From positions 102,300,001-102,364,000 of the forward strand of contig JBITNC010000001.1 of assembly GCA_050084985.1 (NCBI GenBank): 64,000 nucleotides of DNA, read 5' to 3'. The position numbers and the translations under genes were made by a program. The notes under the pieces were generated by a model. That model worked only from the letters and a program-made list of their open reading frames with translations, did no database searches and had not been told where the DNA came from. This stretch comes from Nageia nagi (taxonomy: Eukaryota; Plantae; Pinophyta). Shown piece after piece: positions 11,770-25,681 of this stretch. The stretch's first letter is position 1. Every line of letters begins with the position of its first letter.

Positions 11770-14699
11770 CTACAAATGGAACATGAAACCATTATATTTT
11801 TTATTCCAATAAAAAGGAACAGTCAAATTTGTCGTATTAGAGTAAAAAGATGTAAGAAAACTAAAGTGACAGCAAATTACCATATATAGATAGATGGTTG
11901 CATATTTGTAGAGCACATCAATTTTAAGTTTGAATGGCCCTCATTCAAGAGGGATGTTGAAGAATGAGGTATCTAAAGTTCACTGATTAGGTAGGTAATC
12001 GGTCAATTGTACAGTGAGAAACTTGATCCAGTAGTGTCATAGTTTGGGGTTGCAGAATACCTCCCAATTCGTGATACTAATATACTTCAACACCACATAA
12101 ACTAAGAAAAGAAATGGGTTGTTTGTAACTTTGAACCCACAAGAAGAGTAAATTCAGGGATTTTTAGAGGTCAGCACACTAAGAATATAGATAAACTTCA
12201 TTTTCCATTTGATGAAAAATGGAGGAACATAATATATTTCATTTTCCATTATGGGAAGGGTTTGAACTATTGTTGAAAAGGGAATGATATTCAACTTCCC
12301 ACACAAGGTTGTTGCTATGAGGAAAGTACGAATGTTTTAATGGCGAGTGTGGGAATGTCATAAGTTGTGTCCAACATTTGACCATATGTTTAGCACTCTA
12401 GCTTTTTGGGTCAGTCAAATTAAATGAAGCCAAATTATTTTATTTATAAAGTGTGTTTAAAGAAAATTGATGAAAAGGTATATCAATATGTATAGTCAAA
12501 TAAGACACTAGAAATTTAAAAAGATTTCAAAATCCAAATGATACTATAATTGATTGACTTTTAGATCACATTCAAAATCTTGAAGAATTTTATTTCTAAC
12601 AATTTGTTTCATGCAAATCCTCATTAAATCAACCCAAGTGGAATATTTTGATGTGCACATTGGTACAAAGTGGGTAGCATGTCTAAAATTTAGCACTTCT
12701 AAAATTGGAAAATTTGAGTGGAAAATTTAGCACATCTAAAATTTAGCACTTCTTCATTATTGCTCATTCTGTCTGCTCAAATTTGCACAAACTACAAGTT
12801 AGACAAGGATGAACCAAGTGAAAAAGCATGAGAAGCGAGACCCAATAAATTCTGAGGCTGTGAAAACTTACAATTCATACTAGTTCCAAATAAAGAAGAA
12901 GCCCAATGAGATATCTGAATAATAAATGATGTACTCTGGCCTAATCAATTTCCCTTCTTTATTTAGCTAAGGGATGGTATCACCGTAATCTTTTCTTCTC
13001 TGACAAGACAGCAAGTTCTTAAAGTGTTTCCAAGTATAACATTGCTCCTTCAACATAATTTGGAGTCAACCAAGTGGTTAGGAGATAGTTGTTTGTAAAT
13101 AGAACATTAAGGCATCTCATTTATAATCTAAGTGAGCAGATGCCCAAACAGATGTTGTAGGATAGATTGATGAGTTGTTTGCAAATAGAACATTTATGGC
13201 ATCTCATGCACACTTGAAATGGACAGATGTCCAAGTAAATGTTTTAGGACAGATGTTTGAGAACCTATCATGACATAGAGTTATAGTTAATGTACAAGAG
13301 GTTGTGAAGAATGACACAAGCAAAGAGGAAGCGCAAAACGCGTTGGGTGGAGGGCTCAGCATCAACGAACGGAAGAAGGCATGACGATTCGACAAAGGAG
13401 TTCAGCTCTACGGAAGGGAAATAGTCTTTGCACATCCGTTCAAGCGTTGATTGATAATGTTGTGACTTGGTTGTTGTCCATCATGCCATCGATGACCCAT
13501 CTGATGTGGACAACAAAGGCCAAAACCCTGCTACAAATGGCTTTAATATTCTGAATATCTCCCCTACCATGACTTTCGTTGAAACTTTGGCAAAATATGG
13601 AAGGATGTAGAAACAATGCCCTAGTACAAAGGACAGCAACAACCGGCCTTTCAATGGATGACTTAGGGCTCAACATCACGAAGGCATTGACGATAAGCGA
13701 ACTCATGCCAATGGTTTGACCAAGGAAAAAATGGAGGTAAGGAAAATGCTTCGCAATATTGAAGACGGATGAATTGAAGTTGGAAAGAATAGCATAGACA
13801 TAGATCTATGGAAAACAATTATGATGAATGGTAAGGAAGCAACAAGCATCATCAATGGATGGAAGTGCTCACAAAATATGGAATTCATTCTAGAGACTCA
13901 CTGGTTGTTAATCCAATTGTTGGTGTTTCTCGAGGAAGATTCGAACAAAGGAAATTGAATAGTGAATCCGATTTGAACTCACTCCAAAAAGAGTTGATTC
14001 TTGCAAAGAGAGAACCAAATATTAGAGAAACATCAAAAAGATCCATTTAAAAATCCCTAAGCAGCATTGGAAAATCACTGGAAAATAGGGGTGTCTACTT
14101 AGAAGCCAATCTCGACACTGTTGAGGGAAGGATTGATAAGGACTCAAAATGGCGATAGATCCAATGAAGATTCATCATTCACTCTTGTGAATAAAGATCC
14201 AAATGTAAAGAAAGCATGAAAGAGACCCATTCAAAAACACCATGGATTTGCTCTATTGCAACCAAGGAGTTGTTGTGACCCAATATTGTAGTTGAAGGAC
14301 TATTATGACCTGATATTGCAGGCAAAGAGCTATTGTGACTCAATACAAGGTTAAAACCTCAAAGATCTATTCAGATTTGTCAGTGCATCAAGATGTTTCT
14401 ATTTGTAATTTTTTGTTTCATACTTGAGATCTTCCCCAAGACTACTCTGGTAGATCCATGGAACAACAGTTGTAAAAACAAGTTTTGGGGCCATGTTTAA
14501 AAAACCTGTTTATTTGCCTATGTAAAATAAATGTACAAGAGGTTGTGTACAATGTAGTACGATAACATTCACATGCCTCAAATGTCTATATTGTAATGAT
14601 GATGCAAACATTTAATTGCTTGTATTACATTCCAAAAATTCATATGTAGGCCATGTTACTTCATTTCCATGTATTTACTATGTTTCTTGTAACTTCTTT

Positions 14700-15800
14700 A
14701 TATTTCTTATTCATAATATAACACAATTCTAGACTGCAAATGCAAGAACTTGTTTCCATCCATGGCATACGTCCTCATCCTCCTCTCTATTGTCGTATCT
14801 TGTAGTACCATGCAGTCCTACACTATCCTCCTACTCCTCAACATCCATAGGATCCCCCGCATGGAAATTTATGGGTTATGGCCTCACAACCATCCACCAA
14901 TCCCTTTATGCATCAATACAACCAAGATCAATTGTATCTCCATCTATAATTGCAAGAGAATCACAATCAAGTTCTTCCGAATCAACTATCCAAGTGGGAA
15001 AATGGGTGGCCCTTAGCTCATGGAAGGACCCACCTAGACAACAAAACCCAAGATCTCCATACCATCTTCTTCGTCAATGCATCTAATATACATCTCCAAT
15101 GTTCAATAATTTGGTCATCTTCTTGCAGTCAAGAGGAGCCACCTAACCCAAAAAGGTAGCTCAATGTCATCAATAGAATGTGGAAGCCCCCATGAACAAA
15201 GAATGATGATAATACTCCTTGCCCTAGATCTGCAATAATGAGGCATGGTTGATGTTCTTTCCCCCTTTCGTGGTGACAAGGAAAGATCATGGTATAATTG
15301 CCCCAAGATAGCTAGACAGACCCCAAACATAATAGTCTTGCTCACCATTGCCCTCACGATGTGTGCCATACCAATTGAAAATGTCTCATTGCTCTTATTT
15401 GGATAGATAAGAGAGGAAAGGATAGAAAAAATTATCAAGGAAAGCCCTCAAGAGGGCTAGCACATTCAAAAACTAAATAACAACATGTCCAATGGTTGTG
15501 TTCCCTCAAACCAATCAGGTATCTTGTTAGCTTTTCTCCTTTCTAATATGATGGAATAGTCTTAAGATATACAAACCCGCCATAGCTAGAGACATGCATA
15601 ATTTCATACATGTCCTCCAACATGACATATTTTCACTGGTAGGTAAGTGAATTGTGTTGATATCATGATCCCATCTCTCAGCTAAAGCAATCAAGATAGC
15701 ATAATCAAGAACCAAATGTGCCACCTCCCATCAGTAATAAGATCATAACCCTGCACGATCTGAATAGTTGCACTTTTGGTGCTCTATGAAGTTATTACTA
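14700..15800 (-). pseudogene. Plant mobile domain (PMD) remnant, TE-borne; boundaries approximate
   Basis: ALAERWDHDINTIHLPTSE (cf. ALVERWxxETxTFHLPxGE) and GVCLAILGQLYHDL (cf. WGxAxLAxLYRxL), with many disruptions. Confidence 0.7.
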
Positions 15801-16577
15801 CTAGATGTGCCTACATAAAATCAACAAGAATTGATAGAAAAATCAGCTAGAAGAACCAAATCAGTAAAAGCAGACAAAATTTGGATTTTGGCACTATCTC
15901 ATGTGTTTGAAGATACACAAGCTCAAAATGCAAGCATTTTGGGCATCACAGCTGAAAACACTAACATTCTTGCCTGAATGGCCCAAAATCTAGGCGATCC
16001 AGGAGCCATGATCTAAACCCAACCCAAATTTCACATAAGGGTGTGTGCCACCATGGCCATAGTATTCCTCATAATAGTTTCTTGAAAATCACACAAAAAG
16101 TTATTAAAAGCAACAAAAGAACAAACTAAGACCCTAGATAAAATATAGAAATTTCACAAGAAAATCAAAGATGCAATTTACAAAATGATATCTTGTCCCT
16201 TTGATCAAATTAGCCTTCCTCTCCAATTTGGTAGAGATTTTACACCCATCAAAGCAAGTATAAATTTTTATCTCAAAACTAATAGGTATGTCACAAGCTC
16301 AAGAAATCAACAGAATCAAGGTATGTAAAAAACTCTCCTTTTCTTTGCAATCTCTTTCTTTGTAATTAGCTTTAAAGTGAGTTCTCTATTGCACTCCATT
16401 CCTTTATAACTTTTTTCTGCATATATTTTAATATTTCTCATATCATTTAATTGGTGCATAATCTTCAACATTAAAATCTCAGCATTGAGGAGTCGCTTTC
16501 AAAATGGAACACATCACAATCGTCTTGGAATCATCATGATACAAAATCATAAATTTCAACAAGGTCTAGCATGAATC

Positions 16578-16720
16578 CCAAAATGCCAACATTTTGACAA
16601 CCGATGCTCAAAGCACCAACATTCTAGGAACTAAGGTCCAAAATGCCAATGTTTTGGTCCTAAGCACCCTAAACGCCAACATTTTGGCTCCTAGTGTTCA
16701 AAATATCAACATTTTGCTTC
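16578..16720. repeat. Five degenerate ~30-bp tandem units
   Basis: Core aaa(t/c)gccaacattttg recurs about every 30 bp. Confidence 0.7.
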
Positions 16721-17562
16721 AAATGCATTTTTGAAGCCAATTCACTTTGATTTGCATGCCAAATATTACCAAAAAAGAATTCATCAATTTTATCTCATGC
16801 ATTTTCATTTTCATATTGTACTAAAAAATTCAGTTTAAAACATAATATTGAAAAGCACATTTCTATTTCACACTTTCTATCTTATCAACTAGAATATGAC
16901 CTTCAATTGCCCAACACAAGGGACAACTCAAAATTATCTAGCGGTTTCAACATCAACTTTTATTATCAGCACTATTATTCTTGGGATAGTCTTCCAGCCT
17001 ATCAAAATAGTGAATTATCATCCTTAGCACCTCAACATGATTACCGCAATTCATCAAGGTGAAGTCAATGTTCAGCATTTCATTAGTTTTTCATCTAACA
17101 CCTTTTGATTCAATATGTTTGTTTAGCATAGGTCTTCACAAGCACCCCAAAGCAAAAGAGGTAACCAATGCCAATCTATATAATCCCACCTAGATGAATT
17201 CAAAATTGGATTCCTCCAAATCTATATAAAAAAGGTGTAAATCTCATTAGAGAGATTGAAAAATAGAAAGAAAAAAAATGGAAAACACATCATCAAAATG
17301 CTCCAATACTATCATCTCCTTCCAAGCTTTTTCTTAAGTCACATTTGTAGGTATTACAACAAAATTCCACAAGGAGATTGTCGAAACCAAGCAAGACATC
17401 GCAAAATATATTCTTAGCGAATTGCCATGCCCTAGAATGGTGTTGAACCAAGAACATGGGCGTTTTGCACCTTACATCCCATAATACGAGCATTTCAAGA
17501 CCTTTGTCCTAGAACATGGGCAATACAATCCCTAACCCAGATGGAACTCAAACCAAGTCTAA

Positions 17563-18860
17563 TGTCATGTGCCCAACTAGGGCACAACTTAATTTACTCA
17601 AAAATCAAACTCAGATTTTACCAATTTAATTCTAATAAATCAGATCTGAATTATCACTCCAATATTTGCAAAATAAACTCAGAATTAATGCCAAAAATCA
17701 GATCTGAATTATGACTGAAATATTACTCCAAACCATGCAAATGAATCTCAAAATCACAACATAAGATCTGAACCAATTCTGAAATATAACTGAAATGTGC
17801 AAATAAATGAGCCACAAAATTATGAGACAAGTGCTAAAATGTGTAAGGAGCCAAGAGAAATGTGTTACAAGCCTCAAGAAGCCAAAAATGTGTCTCTAGA
17901 GTGAGACGTCCCAGCCAAGGGGACTAGATCTCCTCACAAAAACCCTTAAAAATGCAACGAATGGTCTCCTAGAGGCGAACGACCCACTAAGAGGCAAAAG
18001 AAGGGATGCAATGCACAAATGATGCCCTCCAAAGTGTGATGACATCCCACAAGTAGGCTCTCTGAATGTAGATTTGGATGTACATATGTGACTCAAGTTG
18101 TCTCTATGACCAAACGCCCTCAAAGAAGACTAGGGTTGGGTAGCCAGGACCCAAAGCAATCTCCAAAGCTAGACATCCAAGGTGAAGAGATCTCAGCAAT
18201 AGAAGTCCCTCAGCAAAAGTGAGGTGAATCCCACATGGATTCTAGTAATCCTCAACAGCAGTGGTGAATCCCAGATGGATTCTAGTAGTCCTCGGTAGTA
18301 TCTCCCTAGTGGAGATCTCAACAGCAATGATGACAGTTGAATAAGCCAAGAGCAATGCCATACCTCAATGACGTCCCTTGATGACAAGATGAAAGGAGAG
18401 CTTGCGCCCAAAGAATAATGAATTTAAGCATAACCTCCAAATGAGACTCTACTTGCCTTTTATATCAAGCATCCCAATTCCCGTTGGGGTTACAAATCAT
18501 CAAATACATCATTACATGGGGTGTCCCACCTTAGGATTACAAATTAAACCCCCAAAATATAAAATTAAGTCTAAATATCCTAATTAAATAATTAGTGATT
18601 CAAGTTTATTTCAAATCACTGCTAATTAACCTTAGAAGAGGGACATCCCATCTTGGTGTGCTCAATTATGCATTTTTGCACCCAATTTGGAATATACATC
18701 ATCATGGGGCCATAATTAGACCATCCAAATACATAGAAGACATCAAAATTCATCAAAAACATCAAATATCCTCCTAGAGGAAGGATGTATCACTCCATGA
18801 GTCAAAATGGTAAGATGATGAAGCACCCATGAGTGAGACCCTCAAAATTGGGTCATCACA
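17563..18860 (-). mobile_element. Solo LTR, TSD TCTAA
   Basis: TGTCATGTGCCC...GGGTCATCACA with tctaa at 17558-17562 and 18861-18865. Shares reverse-complement motifs (cactccatga, gagtgaga, gagccacaaaa) with LTR 9596-10547. Confidence 0.88.
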
Positions 18861-20491
18861 TCTAAAAGCTGAATCCGCACAAATTTATCATTTGTTTGGT
18901 CCAAAATGCCAAAATTCATCTTCCAAGAACACAAGTTATTTGTCAACCTTCCTACGATCCCCCAATTCAGGATAATTCTTCTCTGTATCTCCTCTTGTAA
19001 ACATTGCATGATCCTAGTTGCTAAACCTCTATACCACATTTAGCTATTAATCTATTTTCATTTCATGAACACAATTAATTGCACATATTTTAATGCATTT
19101 TTCTCTTTTTGTGTCAACAATTCCTATTTTTATATTGGTTGTGGACAATGTTGAGGTTTCTATTTCTATTGCAATTAAGGCCATTTGAGTGGTACTTGTG
19201 AGAATTAGATCTCATTTCTTATATTGTGCATCACACTACTATTGTCCATAAAGGAAAGACTGTTCTCATGTGCATAAGCAGTGTCAATATACTGCTCATG
19301 TGCATTAGATTATTGGAGTTGACCCTACATTGAGTAAGGATCTTTCATTTCTATAAACTCTATTAGACCCATTTCTTCTTCTAAAGGGATTAAAACATGC
19401 TTTCAAAATGTAAGCTTTGGAGGCACCATTGTTGAGACCATATCTCAAGGACAAAGGATCCATTCCATTACAAGCGATGCATTAGCTTGTTCCATTTTAA
19501 AGGAAGGCATGTTGTTGATGAGCATCTTCACAGTGGGCTTCTTTATATGTCCTTTTTTGGGCCCCTTGAACATTTTGATGATTGGGAGCATGATGAGCCC
19601 AATAGAAGTAATGATCATTGTAGACAAAATCTAAAGGTGATGTAGTGAAACAATCTTCTTGTGACTAAATAGTGTTCCAGGATGTGCCAAACAAAGATTC
19701 TAGAGGATCATGGGAGAATTCCATGCCATTTCTAGATTTAGCCCTTAACAAATGTGTGAAACCTGTTATTAATGATCTTTGTGGCATGTTGGGAAGGACT
19801 CGTGGAGTGGAACATAAGGTGGGTTTTGGTTCTCAGAAGCATGATCAAAAATATAAGATACTAGATGACCTTGGCAGTGTAGAGATGGACGTAAGATGTT
19901 CAGCATCATGATTGAGGACATGGGAAAATATTAGAAGCTCCTAGTGGAGGCAAGGCTTTTACAACTAAGGACCATGCTTGACATATTTGGAAGCATAACA
20001 CCCTCCACATTGATCTTTCTGTTTTAGCCTAGCCAATCTTATTTGGGAGGGTATATTGTCTCATGGACCACTGTCATTATGCACTTCTTTCTCAAGGTTA
20101 AAGTTTTTGAAGATTAATAGCGATGTTAATAGGTTACTAATCCAATGAACCCTAATACGGTCAGACATTTATTATATATGTAATATTTTTATAGTGTTTA
20201 TTCTAACTCATTTCATATTGGAGTGACTGACCTTGCAATTTTTACATGACTTAATATTATGGGTCCGTGTACCATGAAGTCATTTATCTCATTTCATCAC
20301 ACTCTTTTGTGCATCTTAGGTTCCAAAATTCTTCAGTGCAGTTGTTCATTTCATCTTCTTCTGAATATTGCTATTAGAGTGCTATCTTCTTGCATTATGA
20401 AGTATGCAATTGAAGTTCTCTTTATTTTTTGCAATGGTGTGTCCCGTTTATTTGGATTTGCGATTATTTTTTGACAATATTGCTGGTCGTG

Positions 20492-20634
20492 TTGAATGGC
20501 CATGATTAAAAGATTTGGAAAACTACTGCAAAATCATAAAAGATTTGGAAAATTGAATGGACATGATTAAAAAATTTGGAAAATTCAATGGACATGATTA
20601 AAAGATTTGGAAAACTACTGCAAAATCTTAAAAG
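20492..20634. repeat. Minisatellite of two 30-31-bp variants in order A-B-A-A-B
   Basis: A=ttgaatggacatgattaaaagatttggaaaa; B=ctactgcaaaatcataaaagatttggaaaa. Confidence 0.85.
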
Positions 20635-20720
20635 TTACAATGAGCAAAATTCCACAATCATGTAGCACTTCAGCAATAATAGTTAGGTCCCATGAATTGT
20701 AAGAAAGAAAAAGGTTATAC

Positions 20721-20881
20721 CTTTCTTCCCCATAATGCTAAAGAAATTCGACCCCCATCAAGCTCTCCAGCAGGAATACTATTTATAGCATTGATAAGAA
20801 GTCCAGACCATGCCCATATAAGAAGTGGGTTAACAGCCACTTTAGAACCTTCTTTCAAAACATCACCTAGAAGGAATTTAG
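20721..20881 (-). CDS. EGY2: EGY2-like exon containing the NxxPxxxLDG zinc-ligand motif
   Basis: tgcag|..|gtata, 161 bp, phases match neighbours. KFLLGDVLKEGSKVAVNPLLIWAWSGLLINAINSIPAGELDGGRISLALWGRK. Confidence 0.96.
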
Positions 20882-23793
20882 CTGCACACAACATGATATA
20901 ATGTTAAGAATTGTACCAGTGTTGACATGAGATAAGTGTGTTTGGCATATTCTACTTTTGACACCAATTTAACTGTTCAAGTATAGGGCAACAATTCACA
21001 AATATAAACTGTTATAGTGCTTTAGAACTAAATCATTTCACACATTAAATTGTTCAAACATAAAAGCATCTTGCTTAACATATAAAATATATTCTAGCAA
21101 AAACTTTTGTGAAAGAGTTACTTAGAAATCTTTTAACAAGATAACAAGCCACTTGCAAACAAAATTGCTCTGAATGCACACATATACAAATTCTTTGACG
21201 TGTTTATACTATTGCAATCAAAAGTATCATAGAAGATACGGAGAAAAGTCTTATAAGCATTTGTGTTTACATAGACACCTCCCATATATTGTACATAGTA
21301 CAGACAAAATATGAAATCACAATCAAGATACACTTTTATATTATGTACATTGTGGATAGTTATCTAACACACAATAGGAAATTCAATAATCATGAACAAA
21401 AAACCATTTGCATTGTTTGCCAATGAATATGTGCATGTCAGTTGTCAGCAACAGGTGGATAGGTGACAATTGATCAATAACAATGGCCTAACAAAATATA
21501 TCTATAATAATTACATAAAAACCAAATAATTTGAAGGGATGCATCCAAAAGTACAAAAATACAGACCTAGTACATATCTCACAGTATCCACCAACATCCA
21601 TCCCCACTCCCCACTCCTGCATATTTTGCGGTTAAACATCTCTCATAGCAATACATCGAATATACGGGAAGCCATGATAGGAAAAGAAATATAATTTGGG
21701 GCTGCAGAGGCAATCGGTAGAGTTGTATGGTATATACATTACAAGGTTAGCTTAACCAGCTCAATAGTATTTGCCAATCCCTCTGTTGCAAAAGCATAGT
21801 TGATATTTCAATCATAGCAAATTTGTTGTTGGTTTAGATCAAACTTCAGCTAGTTGTACTGCAGAGTAGCACAAATTATTTCTGCCAAGGCTATGCTACA
21901 ATCAGGTTTTCTGTTTCTATGCCTGCTCAAATCAAACCTTCAGAGGCTGCAATATTATTAGGTTTTTCACTGCAATCTTACGTCACTTATAAACATTAGA
22001 TTGGCAAAGAATGAGACTTTTCTGGTTTTATGCCTTTCCAAATACCATTTCTGAATTCAACGACTGGATTTGAATCAAATATTTGTGCATATCTTCATTA
22101 TTATAAGCCATAGAATAGCCAAAGAGACCTCTAGGTAAAACACTAGGGAATAAAATTGTGACTAGCAAGGTATATAGGTGTCGTAAGAGGGGACAATGGC
22201 TTATGTTGGTTACGTGAGTACTATTCATTAAATCATTGAATGCCAATCGCACTGACACCCATTGGAAGAAACCCTGTCTCTCAGTATTCATGAGCTTGGT
22301 ATGGATGTTATGCTTTGCTTTACTTTGGTTCTTATGCACTCACTTTTCCCATCTTCAATAGATGATGATTGATGCGTACGTGACACATGCACAAAAAGAT
22401 TGCATGTGTCAAAAATCAATTCTAGAAAGAAGTGAAGGATGAACTGACGCTTGCATTGCCAAGAACCTCATCACACACCATCATCTATGCATTCTTACAA
22501 TTGTAAAGGGCTTTCAGGTACTATGTTCTTGTTAAACTTAAGATGGGTGTTATTCCCAAATTAGAAACTTTGTGGGGGACCATGTATGAACATACCATTT
22601 AATGAGAAGCCTGTTCATGAAATTCCAGGATGTAATAAGTTCAAAAGTACTTCTACAAAGTTACTAGCAGTATAAATCTCAACCTAAGTCATTTAAAAAA
22701 TTGTTGAACTTTTGACTTTATAAAAGACATTCCTTCTTAAAGTTAATTTATATTCCATTAATAAGTAAATTTTATTACTATTGGAAAACATGTTAAAATA
22801 CATCAAGTGTGATGCAATGCAACAACCAGTAATGGTAAAATTCATGAAATCCCTTAATGTCTACAAAGTCTTCCCCCAACATACTAGAAAAGCAGCATAA
22901 AATGAATGAGTTTCATGTGCCTAATACCACAAAAAAAATCTTAAAACAAAATATTCCATATATTTATGTTTCTTTTTTCAAGTTATAAAATTTATTAGAC
23001 TGTGTCATGTCACTCGTGTAAATCCATTGATGACTATAAAACAATACTGTAAAATTAGCTAAATTATACAGTTTTTGGTTGTTAAGAGTCTCTGCCAAGT
23101 TTCTTTCCCCATGCCAAAGTACAAGTCAAAAATTCGTCTGGTGAGTCCAAGACGATTCCAAGTCTCATGACTATGGTTCATTCATGAGTTTAAAAGGCAT
23201 CCATACTGTTTATTTATATTATGAAGGTGATGTTAGCAATATTTTCTTTTTTTATTTAATAATCATCTCTGATATAAGATTTTATTGAAGACTGTGATCT
23301 GATTACATGCATATAGAGGCACATCTAATTGAAGTAAGAAGTACTTGCAGGTTTTTTAAGAATAGTCTGAAGTGACTGTACAGATTCTTTTTTGGCAAGA
23401 TGAAAGCAAAGAACAAGAAGCTTGAGATTCACGCACATCAATCCACTACTGGGCATTAACCTCCTTATGTCCAACATACAGGAAGGCAGAAGATATCTTT
23501 TTTTGCCCCATATTTGAGGAAATCCCTTCATCTTTCTTCTATTATTGTAAGACTCTCTACATAAGTCTCATGTATAATGAGGTTCAATACTCGGCATAAC
23601 TTGACTTGAAAGCAATGAAACTGCTATTATTCCTTTTGGTTATAACAGTTCCATCTATTAAACGGTGCCTACCTTCTAAAGAAGTTCAATGTTAATGTTT
23701 TTTGTTTTAATACATTTTGAACTGGTTAATTGCTTACAATTCTGAGGGATTTTGGTTCATTTTTTTTTTATCTCTATTCCTATCCAATGCCAT

Positions 23794-24773
23794 TGTAATG
23801 TCCCAAAATATTTCCAGCCTTGTAAATATTTCAAATTTATGTATTGTTGTTGTTTGTGGGCTTCTAAGGGGTGGATTAATGTGTTTTGAGAAGTTTTATT
23901 GTTAGTATAAGTGTTTAGGGAGTTGATTATGTATTTAGAATAGTTTTGGGACAAAAAAAAAGGTATTAATTAATGTCATTGACTTGGTACACGTTATTAG
24001 CTTGATGGTAGGGATGATAAGGCAGTATTAAATGTCTCTAGCATTTGTAACTGCCATTTTGGTAAAAGTAACTATTATGATGTCAAAGTCCAAGGTATTA
24101 TTTAATGCTTTTGTAACTGCCATAGAAGAGGATTTGTAATTGTTATGAGACAAACTTTTGTAAATGTCAAGAGGCTTAAATTAAGATTTCCAAGACTATT
24201 TAAGAGGAAGAGTTGGTCATTTGGAGGGGTCTGATTTTGGTAGAGAACTTGGAGAGCTTGCATGCTCTTGGGCCTTAGTATTCTGCTAAGGATTTTTCAA
24301 AAGGGTTCCCATTAAATCTGATCTAATGGAGGTTGGAGGAGAGATCTGAAGACTATTTACCCATTTGAGGACAAGTCTATTCAAGGTCTGTATTTGTGCT
24401 TGCATGTTTGAAGTTTCAAGAGTTGAAATAATAACTTTGGCGTCAAATTAGTTTGCTGGGGATTTTGAGGAGTTTGTTTGGGGTTGCATGTACCAAAACT
24501 ACAGTAGTGACTGCATCAATGCCAAATTACTAGTCCTGTAAGGATTCATTTACCACTTTGAGGGTGTTACAACTGTTCTTCCAATTTTGTTGAGGTGTGT
24601 TCAATGGTCTGTAGGACTTTTGATTACATATAAGTGTAATGCATTGTCGAAATTATCTTTAATCTACTGTAGTTGCAATTTGTATTACTTGAAAAAAGAA
24701 TAAAAATATAAAAACAGATTTGGTTCTGTTGTATTATTGTGGATTTGCATACATTTGTTTTTGGTTTGTTTCA
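23794..24773 (+). mobile_element. Solo LTR, TSD GCCAT
   Basis: TGTAATGTCCC...GTTTCA with gccat at 23789-23793 and 24774-24778. Internal ctatttaag TATA-like motif. Confidence 0.85.
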
Positions 24774-24998
24774 GCCATTGTTTCAACTCATCTAGTCTTT
24801 GGACAGATGTGATTTCCTGCTATCCTTTATCATCAAGAAGTATTTTGGTAGTTTTAACTTCCAATTATCATCATGTTTTTCTCGTCACTGCTTTTTGACA
24901 TCTGCCTATTTGTCTTGTAGACAATGTTACTACATTGTGAATCTTGTTTGCATCTTAGATTTCTTAATAATTTTTCCCCTTAATCTGAGTCGAGGAAA

Positions 24999-25342
24999 AA
25001 AACATAAATATGATACAATATCTCTAAATCTGGAAAGAGATTCCACATTGCCTTCTAAATTTAAAATGTTAAAACAACTTCGCTACTTGTTAATTAAGAA
25101 ACACAGAATTATCTATATAAGTCAGATTACAAATTTACTGTAGGACATTCATTATTGTCATATGTTTACCTAAAACATGAAGACAATATAATTCTCTAAA
25201 TCTAAATAGAGATTCAACATTGCCTTATAAATTTAAAATGTTAAAACAATTTCACTACTTGTTAATAAAGAAACACAGAATTATCTATATAAGTCAGATT
25301 ACAAATTTACTTTAGGACATTCAATATTACCATATATTTACT
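24999..25342. repeat. Two-copy ~171-bp tandem duplication in intron
   Basis: Shared blocks such as aagaaacacagaattatctatataagtcagattacaaatttact. Confidence 0.92.
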
Positions 25343-25473
25343 TCTCGCCCATTTCCTTTAACCCTTACATTATCTATGAACTATAAAATACACTTGTAGC
25401 AATTTTCAATTGAAGATAATTACTTCAATTATTCTTGAGAACAGAATACATGACAACAGGAACATTAGCTTAC

Positions 25474-25681
25474 CAATGCCGCCAACAAGGAAAGATTCAT
25501 GGAACACTGACGTGTTAAGTATGACCTCTTGCCCATCACTTGGAGGTAAGAAGAACCCTGCTAATAGAATAAGAAAAGCCGAGGCAAAACCAGCAAGAGG
25601 CCCTGCAGCAGCGAATTTGAGCAAATCGTCTCGACTGGACAAAACATTTTTTACCCTTGTAATAGCACCAAATGAGCCTAT
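25474..25681 (-). CDS. EGY2: EGY2-like exon
   Basis: ttcag|..|gtaag, 208 bp. IGSFGAITRVKNVLSSRDDLLKFAAAGPLAGF...VFHESFLVGGI. Confidence 0.96.

Noticed and set aside
19672-19911. ENSMPFLDL resembling a Penelope-type RT motif
   Set aside because: There is no flanking YVDD, YRKPT or GIY-YIG support; the match is too short.
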